A stretch of DNA of 64,000 nt from Planctomycetota bacterium (GTDB lineage: Bacteria; Planctomycetota; PLA2; JAEUHO01), in the NCBI GenBank assembly GCA_965222115.1, contig CBDCTJ010000001.1:512001-576000 (forward strand), written 5' to 3'. The translations under genes were made by a program, and so were the position numbers. Numbering within the stretch: the stretch's first letter is position 1; every line of letters starts with the position of its first letter. Under the pieces are notes generated by a model. It saw only the letters and a program-made list of their open reading frames with translations. It ran no database searches and had not been told where the DNA came from. Below, piece after piece: positions 37,541 through 48,007 of the stretch.

Positions 37541-40312
37541 ATGCACACCTTCACAACGCGCATCGGGGCCCGGTCCACGCTCGCGTTCTGCCTGGCAGCG
37601 ATGTTCTTCGTCGCATTCCCTGCCACGCCGCCGCCGGCCCAATCCAAAGAAGCCGAAACGGTCTACGTCAAGCGTCGAAAACTCGGCAAGTGCATTTGCA
37701 ACACGGGACAAGGGTCGTGGCAGTACCTGCGCTCACCCATGCGTCCGCCAGCCGATCCCGTCCGCTGCGGTCTGCTGCTGTCGGGCGGTGATTGCAAGGC
37801 GCGGCCGCGTCCCAAAGGAACCAGTGGTGTGTGTTGGGCGCACCAAAGCAAAGAGTGTTTCTGGAAGCGTCACGCCTATAGCTGGAAGCTGAGCTGCTCA
37901 ACGTGCCTCGTTGATGAGAAGTGCACGTCCTGTAATAAGATGATCGGCGCACCCAACCCCAAGCTGCTCGCAACCATTCAACGCCAACTCAAGATCGAGG
38001 GCCACTCCAAGAAGTCACCGCTCTACCTGGTGATCTCGCCCCACTTTTACGTCGTGACCGACATTCACAAGAAGCTCAAAGTCAAGGTAGATGGCGGCGC
38101 GCCACGCGTGGCCACCGGTCACGAAGTGGCACACCTCTATGCCCAGCGCTGCGAGTTGGCCTACAACGATTTCGAGCACTGGTTTAAGGGGCAAGTCAGA
38201 CAGCCCGGTCTCATGGGCGTCTACCTTATGCGCCGCAAGTCAAGCGCTGAGAAGTTTGCATCCAAATATCTAGGTGGCGCCAATACGGATATGCTGTACG
38301 GCGGCGGCGACACGAAAGTCGCAGGCGGCTTCTGCGGCAATGGGTTTGTGGGTTCGCTCCAGGAGAGCGGCAACGATGACAGTCTGCATGCGTATTGCCG
38401 GCACATGATTGGTCATATTCTCTTCTCGTGTTGGATACACGTGAAACCCCACGAAAAGAACTGTCCTAAGTGGGCGTTTATCGGTGCTGCGCACTTCCTC
38501 GAGAAGCTCCTGGAACCCCATAAGGACCTCGCACATTACTGCTCCAACGAAACGTCGGCGCCCACGGGCCCGGGCAAGAATTGGATGCGACGCGCGGCGG
38601 CGATGGCGGGCAAACGGATCGATCCCATCGAGACATTCTTTGCGCGAAAATCGCTGGGCGCGTTTTCCCATCGAGACCACATTCGTGCGTGGTCCCTGAT
38701 GGAACTTGGACTCAAAGAGGATCAAGACCGCTGGCTGGCCATGTTGGAACTTCTGCGGTATGGCAATGAAGAGGGCTACGCCTTCCAAGAGGCCTACAAA
38801 CTTTCACCCGATCAAGCCAACCAGCGCTGGGCCGATCGACTACGCGGCAAGCGCAAGTCGTTTGGCGAAGTGAAGAGAGATTCGCGTGAGGATCCCGACG
38901 ACCCCGGTCGTCGTGAGCGACAGCGCGTTGCCATGACCGAAGATCCCGATGAACTCGCGGGGCTCATTCGCGGTGTGCATGCCATTAAAGATGTGCGCCT
39001 CGCTGACGCCGTCATCGAACGGCTCACGCATCCCTCCGATTTGGTTCGGGAAACCATCAACCTGGTCTTGGGCCGCACGACCGACGACGCCGTACTGGCT
39101 TTCTTGGCGGAATCGGGATTGACCCATAGCAAGGGTTTGATCCGAGCCGGTGTTGCGCGCGCATTGGGCGATTTGCGCTACACCTTGGCCACGGATGCGT
39201 TCTTGACCATGCTCGATGATTCATTTTGGCTTGCACGGGCAAACGCTGCACGGGCGCTCGCGATCTTCAAGGAAAAGAAGGCCATTCCCAAGCTGCAAGC
39301 AGCGCTTACGGAGAAGCAGCCCAAGGCGTGGATTGCATTTGCCGACGCGCTTGCAACCTTCAAGACACGCAATAAGGAAGCCACCATCGAAACGGCGAAG
39401 CGATTGAGCCACAAGTCGTGGCAACTTCGCGTAACGGCCTGTCGTGCACTGTCGGCCTACGGCACCGACGACTGCATGGACGCGCTGATCAAGCGCTTCA
39501 AATTGGAGCGAGGTCGCTTGGAAGAAGAAATCTATTCCGCGCTCAAGGCGGTCTCACGAGATGACCTTGGCCGCAAGGCGAGCACATGGAGTGATTGGTG
39601 GGATAAGCAGAAAGAGAAGTACGGGGGCCTGGATCCCAACCCACCGCCCATGGTGAAGGAAGACCCGCGCTACGCCAGCCCCAAGAAGATGCGCGAAGAC
39701 GAGCCACACTACTACGGTCGTCGCATCTACTCGAAGGCCGTAGGCTTCGTGTTTGACACAAGTGGCTCGATGGATAAGAACATCCGAATTCCCAAGGGTG
39801 CGTCTACGAAACTCGGCAACATCCCCGTGTCGGGCAAACGTATGGACGTCGCAAAGGCCGTCCTTGCACAAGCAATTCGTAAACTCCACCCTCAAACGAA
39901 GTTCTACTTGGTGTTTTTCTCATCCGACGTGAGACCGTGGAAAAAGAAACTTGTGGCGGCAGGTTCGGCGGGCAAATCCGCGGCGTCGGCCATCATGAAC
40001 GTGCCTGCAGCGGGCGAAACCAACATTCACGGCGCGCTCAAGGCCGCACTTGGCTTACATGAAAAACCCACATTGGCCGCGCGCCTCGACGACATTCCCG
40101 ATACGGTTTATTTCCTCACCGACGGCGCGCCCACGCGCGGCGAAATCACATCGCCGCCCGAGCTGCTCGGCTGGTTTGAAGATCTCAATCGTTTCGCCAA
40201 GGTAGAAATGCACGTGGTCGCCTTTGGCACCCTGGGCGTGGATCTGCCGTTTTTGCGCTCACTTGCCAACATTGGCGGTGGCGACTTTATTCACGTCCCT
40301 GAAGAACGTTGA
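37541..40312 (+). CDS. Secreted Cys-rich / HEAT-repeat / VWA protein
   Basis: Signal peptide; HEAT repeats 'R..AARAL'; VWA MIDAS 'FVFDTSGSM', 'GETN', 'YFLTDG.PT'. Confidence 0.85.
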   Translation: MHTFTTRIGARSTLAFCLAAMFFVAFPATPPPAQSKEAETVYVKRRKLGKCICNTGQGSWQYLRSPMRPPADPVRCGLLLSGGDCKARPRPKGTSGVCWAHQSKECFWKRHAYSWKLSCSTCLVDEKCTSCNKMIGAPNPKLLATIQRQLKIEGHSKKSPLYLVISPHFYVVTDIHKKLKVKVDGGAPRVATGHEVAHLYAQRCELAYNDFEHWFKGQVRQPGLMGVYLMRRKSSAEKFASKYLGGANTDMLYGGGDTKVAGGFCGNGFVGSLQESGNDDSLHAYCRHMIGHILFSCWIHVKPHEKNCPKWAFIGAAHFLEKLLEPHKDLAHYCSNETSAPTGPGKNWMRRAAAMAGKRIDPIETFFARKSLGAFSHRDHIRAWSLMELGLKEDQDRWLAMLELLRYGNEEGYAFQEAYKLSPDQANQRWADRLRGKRKSFGEVKRDSREDPDDPGRRERQRVAMTEDPDELAGLIRGVHAIKDVRLADAVIERLTHPSDLVRETINLVLGRTTDDAVLAFLAESGLTHSKGLIRAGVARALGDLRYTLATDAFLTMLDDSFWLARANAARALAIFKEKKAIPKLQAALTEKQPKAWIAFADALATFKTRNKEATIETAKRLSHKSWQLRVTACRALSAYGTDDCMDALIKRFKLERGRLEEEIYSALKAVSRDDLGRKASTWSDWWDKQKEKYGGLDPNPPPMVKEDPRYASPKKMREDEPHYYGRRIYSKAVGFVFDTSGSMDKNIRIPKGASTKLGNIPVSGKRMDVAKAVLAQAIRKLHPQTKFYLVFFSSDVRPWKKKLVAAGSAGKSAASAIMNVPAAGETNIHGALKAALGLHEKPTLAARLDDIPDTVYFLTDGAPTRGEITSPPELLGWFEDLNRFAKVEMHVVAFGTLGVDLPFLRSLANIGGGDFIHVPEER

Positions 40313-41355
40313 CGCCTTCCACGCCCGACAACCCACCGGACGACGCCATTGAGGCCGAGGATGGCCACGACGTGGTGCTTCCCATCGGTCGCCGCGTTAT
40401 TGGCGAGCATTACCGGCTCATTCGCAAGATTGGCGATGGCGCTTTTGGCATTGTGTACGAAGCCCATCACGCCATTCTCGACCAACGGTTTGCGGTTAAA
40501 GTGCTTCGGCCTGAACTCTGTGCCAATCCAAGGGCCCGGGATCGATTCCTTGACGAAGCCCGTGCGCTGATTCGGTTCTCGCATCGCAACGTTGTCGAAC
40601 TCCGACACGTCGGCGAAGTCGATGACCGCCTCTACATCGTCATGGACTTCGTTCCGGGTATCTCCATCAAACAGTACGTGGCCACGCATGGGCCGTTTTC
40701 AGAACCGGTTGCGCTGAACATCATGGAGCAGGTCCTGGCGGGCCTTGAGGCCGCCCACCGGGCCGGGATCATTCATCGCGATCTCAAGCCGTCCAACCTC
40801 TACCTCATCGCGAAGGCGGATGACGAATTCGACGTGCGCATTCTCGACTTTGGCCTGAGCAAATTGGGTCAAACGCAATCACATCAAGCCATGAATCGAT
40901 CGGTGCCCGGTACGGTCGTGGGTACGCTGGCCTATATGTCGCCCGAACAGTTGCAGGGCGGACGCAACGTGGATCACACGAGCGATATCTTCAGTGCCGG
41001 GCTCGTCTTAATGGAAATGCTGCAAGGGTGCCATCCCTATCCCGATGACAGTGGCATTGTCGTGGCCACCAAGTTCTTACGAGACCCGATTCCTCGCATT
41101 CGACCGCCGTTTAACGAGCTCGTATCGCGCGGCGTGCAGGACGCGATTGGGAAATCGCTTGCGCGCGATCCCCAAGCTCGATTCAGTTCCGCCGCGGCGT
41201 TTTCGTCCGCGCTGCGAACGGATGCACCCCGTACGGATAGGGGCACACGCACGACAAAGCGCTCATCGCAGTGGCTGGCCCTGATTCTTTGGCTGCTCGC
41301 GGCGGGGCTCATTGGACTCGCCGGTGCATGGGCAGCGGGCCTATTGGATCCATGA
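40309..41355 (+). CDS. Hanks-type Ser/Thr protein kinase with C-terminal TM
   Basis: 'IGDGAFGIVY', 'AVK', 'HRDLKPSN', 'DFGL', 'GTLAYMSPEQ', 'SDIFSAG'. Confidence 0.95.
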   Translation: MTPSTPDNPPDDAIEAEDGHDVVLPIGRRVIGEHYRLIRKIGDGAFGIVYEAHHAILDQRFAVKVLRPELCANPRARDRFLDEARALIRFSHRNVVELRHVGEVDDRLYIVMDFVPGISIKQYVATHGPFSEPVALNIMEQVLAGLEAAHRAGIIHRDLKPSNLYLIAKADDEFDVRILDFGLSKLGQTQSHQAMNRSVPGTVVGTLAYMSPEQLQGGRNVDHTSDIFSAGLVLMEMLQGCHPYPDDSGIVVATKFLRDPIPRIRPPFNELVSRGVQDAIGKSLARDPQARFSSAAAFSSALRTDAPRTDRGTRTTKRSSQWLALILWLLAAGLIGLAGAWAAGLLDP

Positions 41356-41376
41356 ACGGGCGTGTAGGCTCTGCCT

Positions 41377-42087
41377 GTGGACCAAAAACTCATTAGGCGC
41401 TATGACTCCAAAGATGGTGCCGCCGCCTATCGCAACAAGTATCGACGATCGCTCTCGCGGCGACTCTCGCATCGCCGCGAAGTGACCATTCTGCGACGTG
41501 CGCTACGACGCGCGGGCGCGCGGGGACACCTACTCGACTGCCCCTGCGGCGCAGGGCGCATGACGCCACACCTGCTTGCGTTTGCGGAGCGAGTCACGTG
41601 TGTAGACCTCGCCGGTGCCATGATCACGGAGGCCCGCCACGCATTGGCTTCCACCATGGCAACGTTTCCCGACCGCATTGCGTTTCAATGCGCTTCTGCC
41701 ATGGACCTACCGTTTCCAGACGACACGTTTCATACATCGGTATGTCACCGTTTGATTCACCACCTGCCAAACGCTAAGGATCGGCATGCCGTGCTGAGCG
41801 AACTGGCCCGCGTATCCTCGGACCGTGTGGTGTGTTCGTTTTCCGACGCGACCACACGCAAGGCGCGTAGCCAAGTGCGACGGGGGGTCACGCGCAATCG
41901 TTACGCGCTCGATCCCAGTGAACTCAAGACGCAAGCGAAGGCCTGTGGCCTCACGATGGTGGGCGCACCCCTGCGCCTCAATACGTTCACGAGTCTGGTG
42001 GCGATTGCCGTGTTTGCTGTGGACAGCGGGGTCCCAGTGGCAACGCGGCACCATGCGCCACACCATGAAGGAGACGTGGTGGATTGA
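41377..42087 (+). CDS. Class I SAM-dependent methyltransferase
   Basis: 'LLDCPCGAGR', 'VD....M', 'LPFPDDTF', 'RLIHH'. Confidence 0.88.
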   Translation: MDQKLIRRYDSKDGAAAYRNKYRRSLSRRLSHRREVTILRRALRRAGARGHLLDCPCGAGRMTPHLLAFAERVTCVDLAGAMITEARHALASTMATFPDRIAFQCASAMDLPFPDDTFHTSVCHRLIHHLPNAKDRHAVLSELARVSSDRVVCSFSDATTRKARSQVRRGVTRNRYALDPSELKTQAKACGLTMVGAPLRLNTFTSLVAIAVFAVDSGVPVATRHHAPHHEGDVVD

Positions 42088-42919
42088 TTCAGCGCGTCGC
42101 GACGCACTCCCCCGCGAGTTACCGCTTACGATTCCCGCGTGGATGCATGCCGCCGCCACCGGCACGTTTCTCTCATCAGATCGCCGCAGCGTTACGCACG
42201 CGCTCATGAACGAGCCCGCACTATTGATTAAGTGGCGCATCCCCAATCCGGCGCACGGATTCAAAAATCGCTGGCGACCGTCGCGCGCCCGACGCGAGGC
42301 GCGCGTGGCCAACGCGCTACTGGCGCATGGCATCGATACACCGCACGCAGTTGCCGCTGCAGAACGCCGACAAGGCCGTGCACTGGTCGCATCCCTGTTC
42401 ATTCGACTGTTTCGATCGGACTGCGTGCCCGTCCTTCAAGCGATCGAGGAAGGGGACGTGGATTCGAATCAGCTCATGGCTTCCCTGCGAGCCTGGCATG
42501 AAACTGGATTTCGACACGGCGACGCCTACCCAAAGAACATGCTTTGGGATCCCGCAAATGCGCAGTTGATGCCGATCGGGTTTCCAGCCGGTCGATTCAC
42601 ACGTGGCGAACGCGCACCCATCGATCGCGCGGCAGCGAAGGACGTCGCCCAGTTGCTCGTTGGACTATGGTTGGCTCGAACGCCGGACATCAGCGCGTCA
42701 CACCTGCCAGAGATGAAGACGCTTTTAGAGACGTCGCTCGGCTCGCGCGAAGACCCATCGTTGTTGTGGAACGCCAGTCAGGCGCGTGTTCAAGCGATCC
42801 TGCGGAAGAAACAAGAACGGCGGCGCACCCGACCTGAGCGAGAGCCCCATGGACCCACGCGACCCCAGCCGCTCGCGCTCGATGGAGGCATTACGGTGGA
42901 CGTACGGGAACTCGATTGA
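42065..42919 (+). CDS. Lipopolysaccharide kinase (Kdo/WaaP/InaA)-like protein
   Basis: 'SRARREA.....L...GI.TP..VA..E', 'H..GF.HGD....N.L'. Confidence 0.75.
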   Translation: MKETWWIDSARRDALPRELPLTIPAWMHAAATGTFLSSDRRSVTHALMNEPALLIKWRIPNPAHGFKNRWRPSRARREARVANALLAHGIDTPHAVAAAERRQGRALVASLFIRLFRSDCVPVLQAIEEGDVDSNQLMASLRAWHETGFRHGDAYPKNMLWDPANAQLMPIGFPAGRFTRGERAPIDRAAAKDVAQLLVGLWLARTPDISASHLPEMKTLLETSLGSREDPSLLWNASQARVQAILRKKQERRRTRPEREPHGPTRPQPLALDGGITVDVRELD

Positions 42920-43254
42920 CGCTTCCTGTAGGGGTTTGATAGTGCTTTGTTTGCATTTCTTGGATGAATCAAGCGCCACGATTCGCCAGCCGCGTAGCCC
43001 CAATTGCCAGCTCGATCCGTGGAATCTCGTCCGTGACCTGACGATTTCTCCCACGCCAACTGCACGTGTCACTGTGTGAGAGATAGGCGCGCGGCCTTCG
43101 CGCGGTAGTGTTCTGCCGACCTTGGACCGTCCTCTACAACGTGCAAGACCGAATCGTCTTTGCGCTCGAGCGCAACGCACGGCGCGGACGCTCTCCTGGG
43201 TCCCTACGCAGAGAACTGGGCCGGCAGAACCATTGGGAGGTGATGTCTCACGAC

Positions 43255-46038
43255 ATGGCGGCGAAGAAGTCATCCACAAAGCGCACCCCGGAGCAACCAA
43301 GCGGCAAACCGTTGGTGATCGTTGAGTCCCCGGCCAAGGCGCGCACGATCTCCAAGTTCCTCGGCGGTGAGTTTGAAGTCCAAGCGTCGATCGGTCACGT
43401 CCGCGACTTACCCTCACGCAGCGCCGACCTCCCGCCCAATCTCAAGGGCAGCAAGTACGGTCGCCTCGGCGTTGATCTCGACAACAATTTCGAGCCCATC
43501 TATGTCGTGCCATCCGAAAAGCGCGACCAGATCAAAATGCTGCGGGAGCTGCTCAAGGAAGCGCCTGAACTCTTGCTCGCCACCGATGAAGACCGCGAGG
43601 GTGAATCGATCTCGTGGCACCTCATGGAAGTGCTCAAACCCAAGGTGCCCGTCAGGCGATTGGTGTTTCACGAGATCACGAAGTCGGCGATTCAAAAGGC
43701 ACTCGATAATGCGCGTGCGATCGATGACGACTTGGTGCGCGCGCAGGAAAGCCGCCGCATCCTGGATCGCCTGTTTGGTTATGAGATTTCACCGGTGCTG
43801 TGGCGAAAGATTCGGCCACGGCTATCGGCAGGACGCGTACAAAGCGTGGCGCTCCGTCTTTTGGTCGAACGCGAGTTGGCCCGCATGGCCTTCGTTCCCT
43901 CCGAGTATTGGGATTTGGCTGCGGAGATGGCGCCGGCCAAAGACAAGCAGGCAGTCTTCCCGGCCGCCCTGCGCAAGTGGCAGGGCAAACCACTGGCCAC
44001 CGGTAAGGATTTCGATCCCAACACCGGCAAACTCAAAAACGAGAAAGCGGTGGTGCTCACGGAGGCCACCGCGAAGCAACTCGCTGAAGACCTACGAACG
44101 CAGACCGCGCGCGTTGCCGACGTCGAAGAAAAGCCCTACTCGCAGAAGCCGTCGCCGCCGTTTACGACCAGCACGTTGCAGCAAGAAGCGGGTCGCAAAC
44201 TTCGGTTTGGTGCGCAGCGCACCATGCGATTGGCGCAGAAACTCTATGAAAACGGTTGCATCACCTATATGCGAACCGACTCGACCATTTTGTCCGGTGA
44301 AGCCATCGACGCCGCGCGTGAACTCATTGGCCGCCAATACGGCAACGACTACTTGCCCACCAAGCCCCGCACCTACAAGACCAAAGTTAAGAATGCCCAG
44401 GAAGCCCACGAAGCCATTCGGCCGGCGGGTTCGTCGTTCAAGCCGATCGATGCCGTGCGCAAGGAGTTTGGCGCTGACGCGGGCAAGCTCTACGAGCTCA
44501 TTTGGAAACGCACCGTCGCGTCTCAAATGAATGACGCCAAGGGCATGCGTGTGCGCGTGCGCATCGAGATTGGCGAAGCGTTGTTTCACGCCTCCGGCAA
44601 GACGATTACCTTCCCCGGTTTCCAACGCGCCTACGTGGAAGGATCCGACGATCCCCTTGCCGAACTCGCCGATCAGGAGAAAATCCTGCCGCCGCTCGCC
44701 GTGGGCGATGAAGTTCACACAAAGTCGCTGGAGGCCAAGGGACACACCACATTCCCGCCCGCGCGCTTTACCGAGGCCAGCTTGGTCAAGGAACTCGATA
44801 CACGCGGCATTGGACGACCCAGCACCTGGGCGAGCATCATTGCCTTGCTACTCACGCGCGAGTACGCCTTCCGCAAAGGCAGCGCACTCTGCCCGAGCTT
44901 CACGGCGTTCGCCGTCATCAACATGCTCAAACAGAACTTCGGCCAAGTACTTGACTACGACTTCACGGCCAACATGGAAGACGATCTCGACGCCATCTCG
45001 CGCGGCGAACTCGATGGCCGCGAATATCTACGCAAGTTCTACTTGGGCAACGGCACGCCCGGGCTGCAGCAACTCGTGCAAGACGGCATTGACAACGTGG
45101 ATCCGCGCAAGGTGTGTGGCATTGCCCTCGGGGCCACCGACGACGGACGCAAGATCGAGCTGCGCGTGGGCCGCTATGGTTTGTTTGTTACCGATGGCGA
45201 GCACAACGCATCGATTCCTGACGACATCGTGCCCGACGAGCTCGAGCTCAAGCAGGCGATTGAGTTTATCGAAGTTGCTAAGCGCGGTCCGGTACCGCTC
45301 GGCGAAGATCCAGAAACCAAGTTGCCGGTTTACGTGAAGAACGGACGCTTCGGTCCCTACGTCCAACGCGGCGACATGGTTGAGGGAGGCGAAAAACCGA
45401 AGATGGTCAGCCTGCTTGATGGCATGGCGCCCGACGCCGTCGATTTGGCCACAGCGCTGCGCCTCCTGGAGCTTCCTCGCAATCTTGGCCGCCATCCCAA
45501 AGCGCCGGAAGGTGAAGACGATCCCGCGAAAACCGACATATTCGCGCATCTCGGTCGTTACGGCCCCTACATCAAATGGGACGCCGAAACGCGCTCGATT
45601 CCCGCCGACATTTCCATCCTCGACATTACGAATGCACAGGCGGTTGAACTTCTAAGCCAGCCTCGCCGCCGCCGCGGTCAGCGCGCACCGGCCAAGCCAT
45701 TGAAGGAACTGGGCGAACACCCAGAGTCGGGCGCACCCGTAAAGATCTTGCCCGGTCGCTTTGGACCGTACGTCACGGATGGCGACGTAAATGCGAGCGT
45801 GCCCAAGGACATGGAACCGTCAGAGGTGACCATGGACGATGCCATCGTGCTGCTCCAAAAGCGCCGTGAACGCATCAAGGCACAGGGCGGCCGCACGCGA
45901 CGGAAGAAAAAGAAGAAGGCCTCACGGAAGAAGAAAGCCAAAAAGAAGGCCTCCAAGAAACGAACCGCCAAGAAGAAGGCGCGCAAGGCGTCAGGGAAGA
46001 AGAAAAAGAAGGCCGCTCGCAAGAAATCGGCGGACTAA
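43255..46038 (+). CDS. topA: DNA topoisomerase I with C-terminal repeats and Lys-rich tail
   Basis: 'LVIVESPAKA', 'ATDEDREGE', 'SAGRVQS', 'ITYMRTDS', 'GIGRPST', 'GRFGPYV' repeats. Confidence 0.97.
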   Translation: MAAKKSSTKRTPEQPSGKPLVIVESPAKARTISKFLGGEFEVQASIGHVRDLPSRSADLPPNLKGSKYGRLGVDLDNNFEPIYVVPSEKRDQIKMLRELLKEAPELLLATDEDREGESISWHLMEVLKPKVPVRRLVFHEITKSAIQKALDNARAIDDDLVRAQESRRILDRLFGYEISPVLWRKIRPRLSAGRVQSVALRLLVERELARMAFVPSEYWDLAAEMAPAKDKQAVFPAALRKWQGKPLATGKDFDPNTGKLKNEKAVVLTEATAKQLAEDLRTQTARVADVEEKPYSQKPSPPFTTSTLQQEAGRKLRFGAQRTMRLAQKLYENGCITYMRTDSTILSGEAIDAARELIGRQYGNDYLPTKPRTYKTKVKNAQEAHEAIRPAGSSFKPIDAVRKEFGADAGKLYELIWKRTVASQMNDAKGMRVRVRIEIGEALFHASGKTITFPGFQRAYVEGSDDPLAELADQEKILPPLAVGDEVHTKSLEAKGHTTFPPARFTEASLVKELDTRGIGRPSTWASIIALLLTREYAFRKGSALCPSFTAFAVINMLKQNFGQVLDYDFTANMEDDLDAISRGELDGREYLRKFYLGNGTPGLQQLVQDGIDNVDPRKVCGIALGATDDGRKIELRVGRYGLFVTDGEHNASIPDDIVPDELELKQAIEFIEVAKRGPVPLGEDPETKLPVYVKNGRFGPYVQRGDMVEGGEKPKMVSLLDGMAPDAVDLATALRLLELPRNLGRHPKAPEGEDDPAKTDIFAHLGRYGPYIKWDAETRSIPADISILDITNAQAVELLSQPRRRRGQRAPAKPLKELGEHPESGAPVKILPGRFGPYVTDGDVNASVPKDMEPSEVTMDDAIVLLQKRRERIKAQGGRTRRKKKKKASRKKKAKKKASKKRTAKKKARKASGKKKKKAARKKSAD

Positions 46039-46144
46039 GAACTCCCGCTCGGCACGCGAGCGCCCGGCCACTTTTTGCCGCGCCTTCGCCCCTCCGGCTA
46101 CCGTACGGTTCACGTCCTACGTTGCCCGATGGAGACCGCCGCAC

Positions 46145-47206
46145 ATGAAGATCGAAGCGATTGAACGCGAAGGCTACGAAAAAATTGCTAAGTGCGAAGA
46201 TCCCGCCTCCGGGCTCCGCGCGGTGATTTCGGTCCACGACACAACGTTGGGACCGGCGCTCGGTGGATTGCGTATGTGGCCCTATGCCTCGTGGGACGAG
46301 GCCGTGTTCGACGTGCTCCGCTTGAGCAAGGGCATGACCTACAAGTCGGCCGTGGCCGACACGGGTCTCGGCGGTGGCAAAAGCGTCATCATCGGCAACC
46401 CAAAGACCGACAAATCTGAAAAACTATTCGAAGCCATGGGCTCGTTTATCGACTCACTGGGCGGAAAGTACATCACCGCCGAAGACGTAGGCACCACGGT
46501 AGACAATATGGTCACGGTGCGCAAGAAGACCAAGTGGGTCACTGGCCTACCGCACGAAATGGAATCAAGCGGTGACCCCTCACCGTGGACCGCACTCGGC
46601 GTCTTTCGTGGCATCAAAGCGTGCCTCGAAGAAGCTGACGGCTCCGACGACTTTGAAGGACGCACCATCGCGATTCAAGGGTGTGGCCACGTGGGTGCGT
46701 TCCTGGCCGACCACCTTGCCAAGGCCGGCGCAAAACTCCTGCTTGCCGACATTTCTCCCGAAAAAGCCGAAGACGTTGCGAAGAAGACCGGTGGCACCGT
46801 TGTTGATCCCGCAAAGATCCTTTCCGTCGAGTGCGACGTGCTTGCACCCTGTGCGCTGGGCGCCGTCGTCAATGACGAAACATTGCCACTCCTCAATACG
46901 AAAATCATCGCAGGTGCCGCCAACAATGTGTTGTTGCGTGAAGAACACGGCCAGCGCCTGCGCGAAGCCGGCATCCTCTATGCACCCGACTACGTCATCA
47001 ATGCCGGCGGCATTATCAATGTGTCCATCGAAGTTGAGCCCACGGGCTACAACGAAGATCGCGCACGGGCCAAGGTGGAGAACATCTACCAAGCCTTGAA
47101 GCGCGTCTTTGAAATCTCCAAGCGCGACGACATTAGCACCAACGAGGCCAGCAATCGCTTGGCCGAGGAACGCCTCAAGCGTCGTCGGGGCGCAGCAACC
47201 CCGTAA
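46145..47206 (+). CDS. ldh: Leucine (Glu/Leu/Phe/Val) dehydrogenase
   Basis: 'HDTTLGPALGG', 'GMTYK', 'GGGK', 'TAEDVGT', 'GDPSP.TA.GV', 'GAANN', 'YAPDYVINAGG'. Confidence 0.95.
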   Translation: MKIEAIEREGYEKIAKCEDPASGLRAVISVHDTTLGPALGGLRMWPYASWDEAVFDVLRLSKGMTYKSAVADTGLGGGKSVIIGNPKTDKSEKLFEAMGSFIDSLGGKYITAEDVGTTVDNMVTVRKKTKWVTGLPHEMESSGDPSPWTALGVFRGIKACLEEADGSDDFEGRTIAIQGCGHVGAFLADHLAKAGAKLLLADISPEKAEDVAKKTGGTVVDPAKILSVECDVLAPCALGAVVNDETLPLLNTKIIAGAANNVLLREEHGQRLREAGILYAPDYVINAGGIINVSIEVEPTGYNEDRARAKVENIYQALKRVFEISKRDDISTNEASNRLAEERLKRRRGAATP

Positions 47207-47226
47207 CGCTAAAAGATACGGACGCT

Positions 47227-47472
47227 AGCCCGGACTATTCATGAAGCGCGCGTCGATGAGTCTCGAAGCCCGCGTCCATCTGCCATTCGCCGCCGAAACG
47301 CGGTACCGCTTGGCGTCTACAGTTTGTTCTCGCGAAGGATTCGGAATCAAGGTCGACGCGGTGGTTCTGAGGCGATGCCAAAGGCATCGTCGAACGGTTC
47401 TCCGCAAAGAGATTGGATACGAAGACCAGCGAGAACCGCGCGATTTACGTAAGTTCATGAATAGTCCGGGCT
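47227..47472. mobile_element. MITE-like element, 246 bp, with perfect 19-bp terminal inverted repeats
   Basis: AGCCCGGACTATTCATGAA (47227-47245) / TTCATGAATAGTCCGGGCT (47454-47472); no transposase. Confidence 0.8.
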
Positions 47473-47485
47473 TGAGAACGACGGA

Positions 47486-48007
47486 TTACAGATGACGGCT
47501 GGGGTCTTCCCCGAGTCCTTCTTCGCCGGTGGCATCCACGATGGAGCGCGCAATCGTGCGTCCCGCGACGAGCGTGGCCACCACGACTGCGCCGGTCCAC
47601 ACCACCACGGCAAGCTTTACGCCCGTGTGCGTGCAGGGGCCGTTGCTAAGCAATACGCCAATCACTGCGATGATGCCGAGCCGACGTCGCCACGTGATGC
47701 CAAAGGGCCTCAGGCCAAGGCACCCCACAGTTGCGCCAGCGGCAAGCAGTGCCCATGCGAGAGCGAGTAGATGGGGCGTATCGAAGCGCGCGCTATCCCA
47801 GACACCAATGAAACGCGGCCCCCACACAGTCGCAGCCACCGCTGCCATGAAAATGGCGATGAGATCGAGACCCAAGAGCCATCGCAGGCCGGCACTGGCC
47901 GCAACCGGTGCCGCATCGGGATAGACCTTGAAACCGGGGCGTGCCATCGGCTGCATGACGTCATCACACACGGGCGTCAGGGCGCCGCAAGATTTGCCGC
48001 CGATCAA
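47486..48007 (-). CDS. Hypothetical membrane protein (about 4 TM)
   Basis: Hydrophobic ORF overlapping the dinG stop; start uncertain. Confidence 0.55.
   Translation of the reverse strand: MIGGKSCGALTPVCDDVMQPMARPGFKVYPDAAPVAASAGLRWLLGLDLIAIFMAAVAATVWGPRFIGVWDSARFDTPHLLALAWALLAAGATVGCLGLRPFGITWRRRLGIIAVIGVLLSNGPCTHTGVKLAVVVWTGAVVVATLVAGRTIARSIVDATGEEGLGEDPSRHL

Noticed and set aside
45900-46030. AAG-rich low-complexity tract
   Set aside because: It encodes the Lys-rich TopA tail, a known feature of topoisomerase I proteins with C-terminal repeats.
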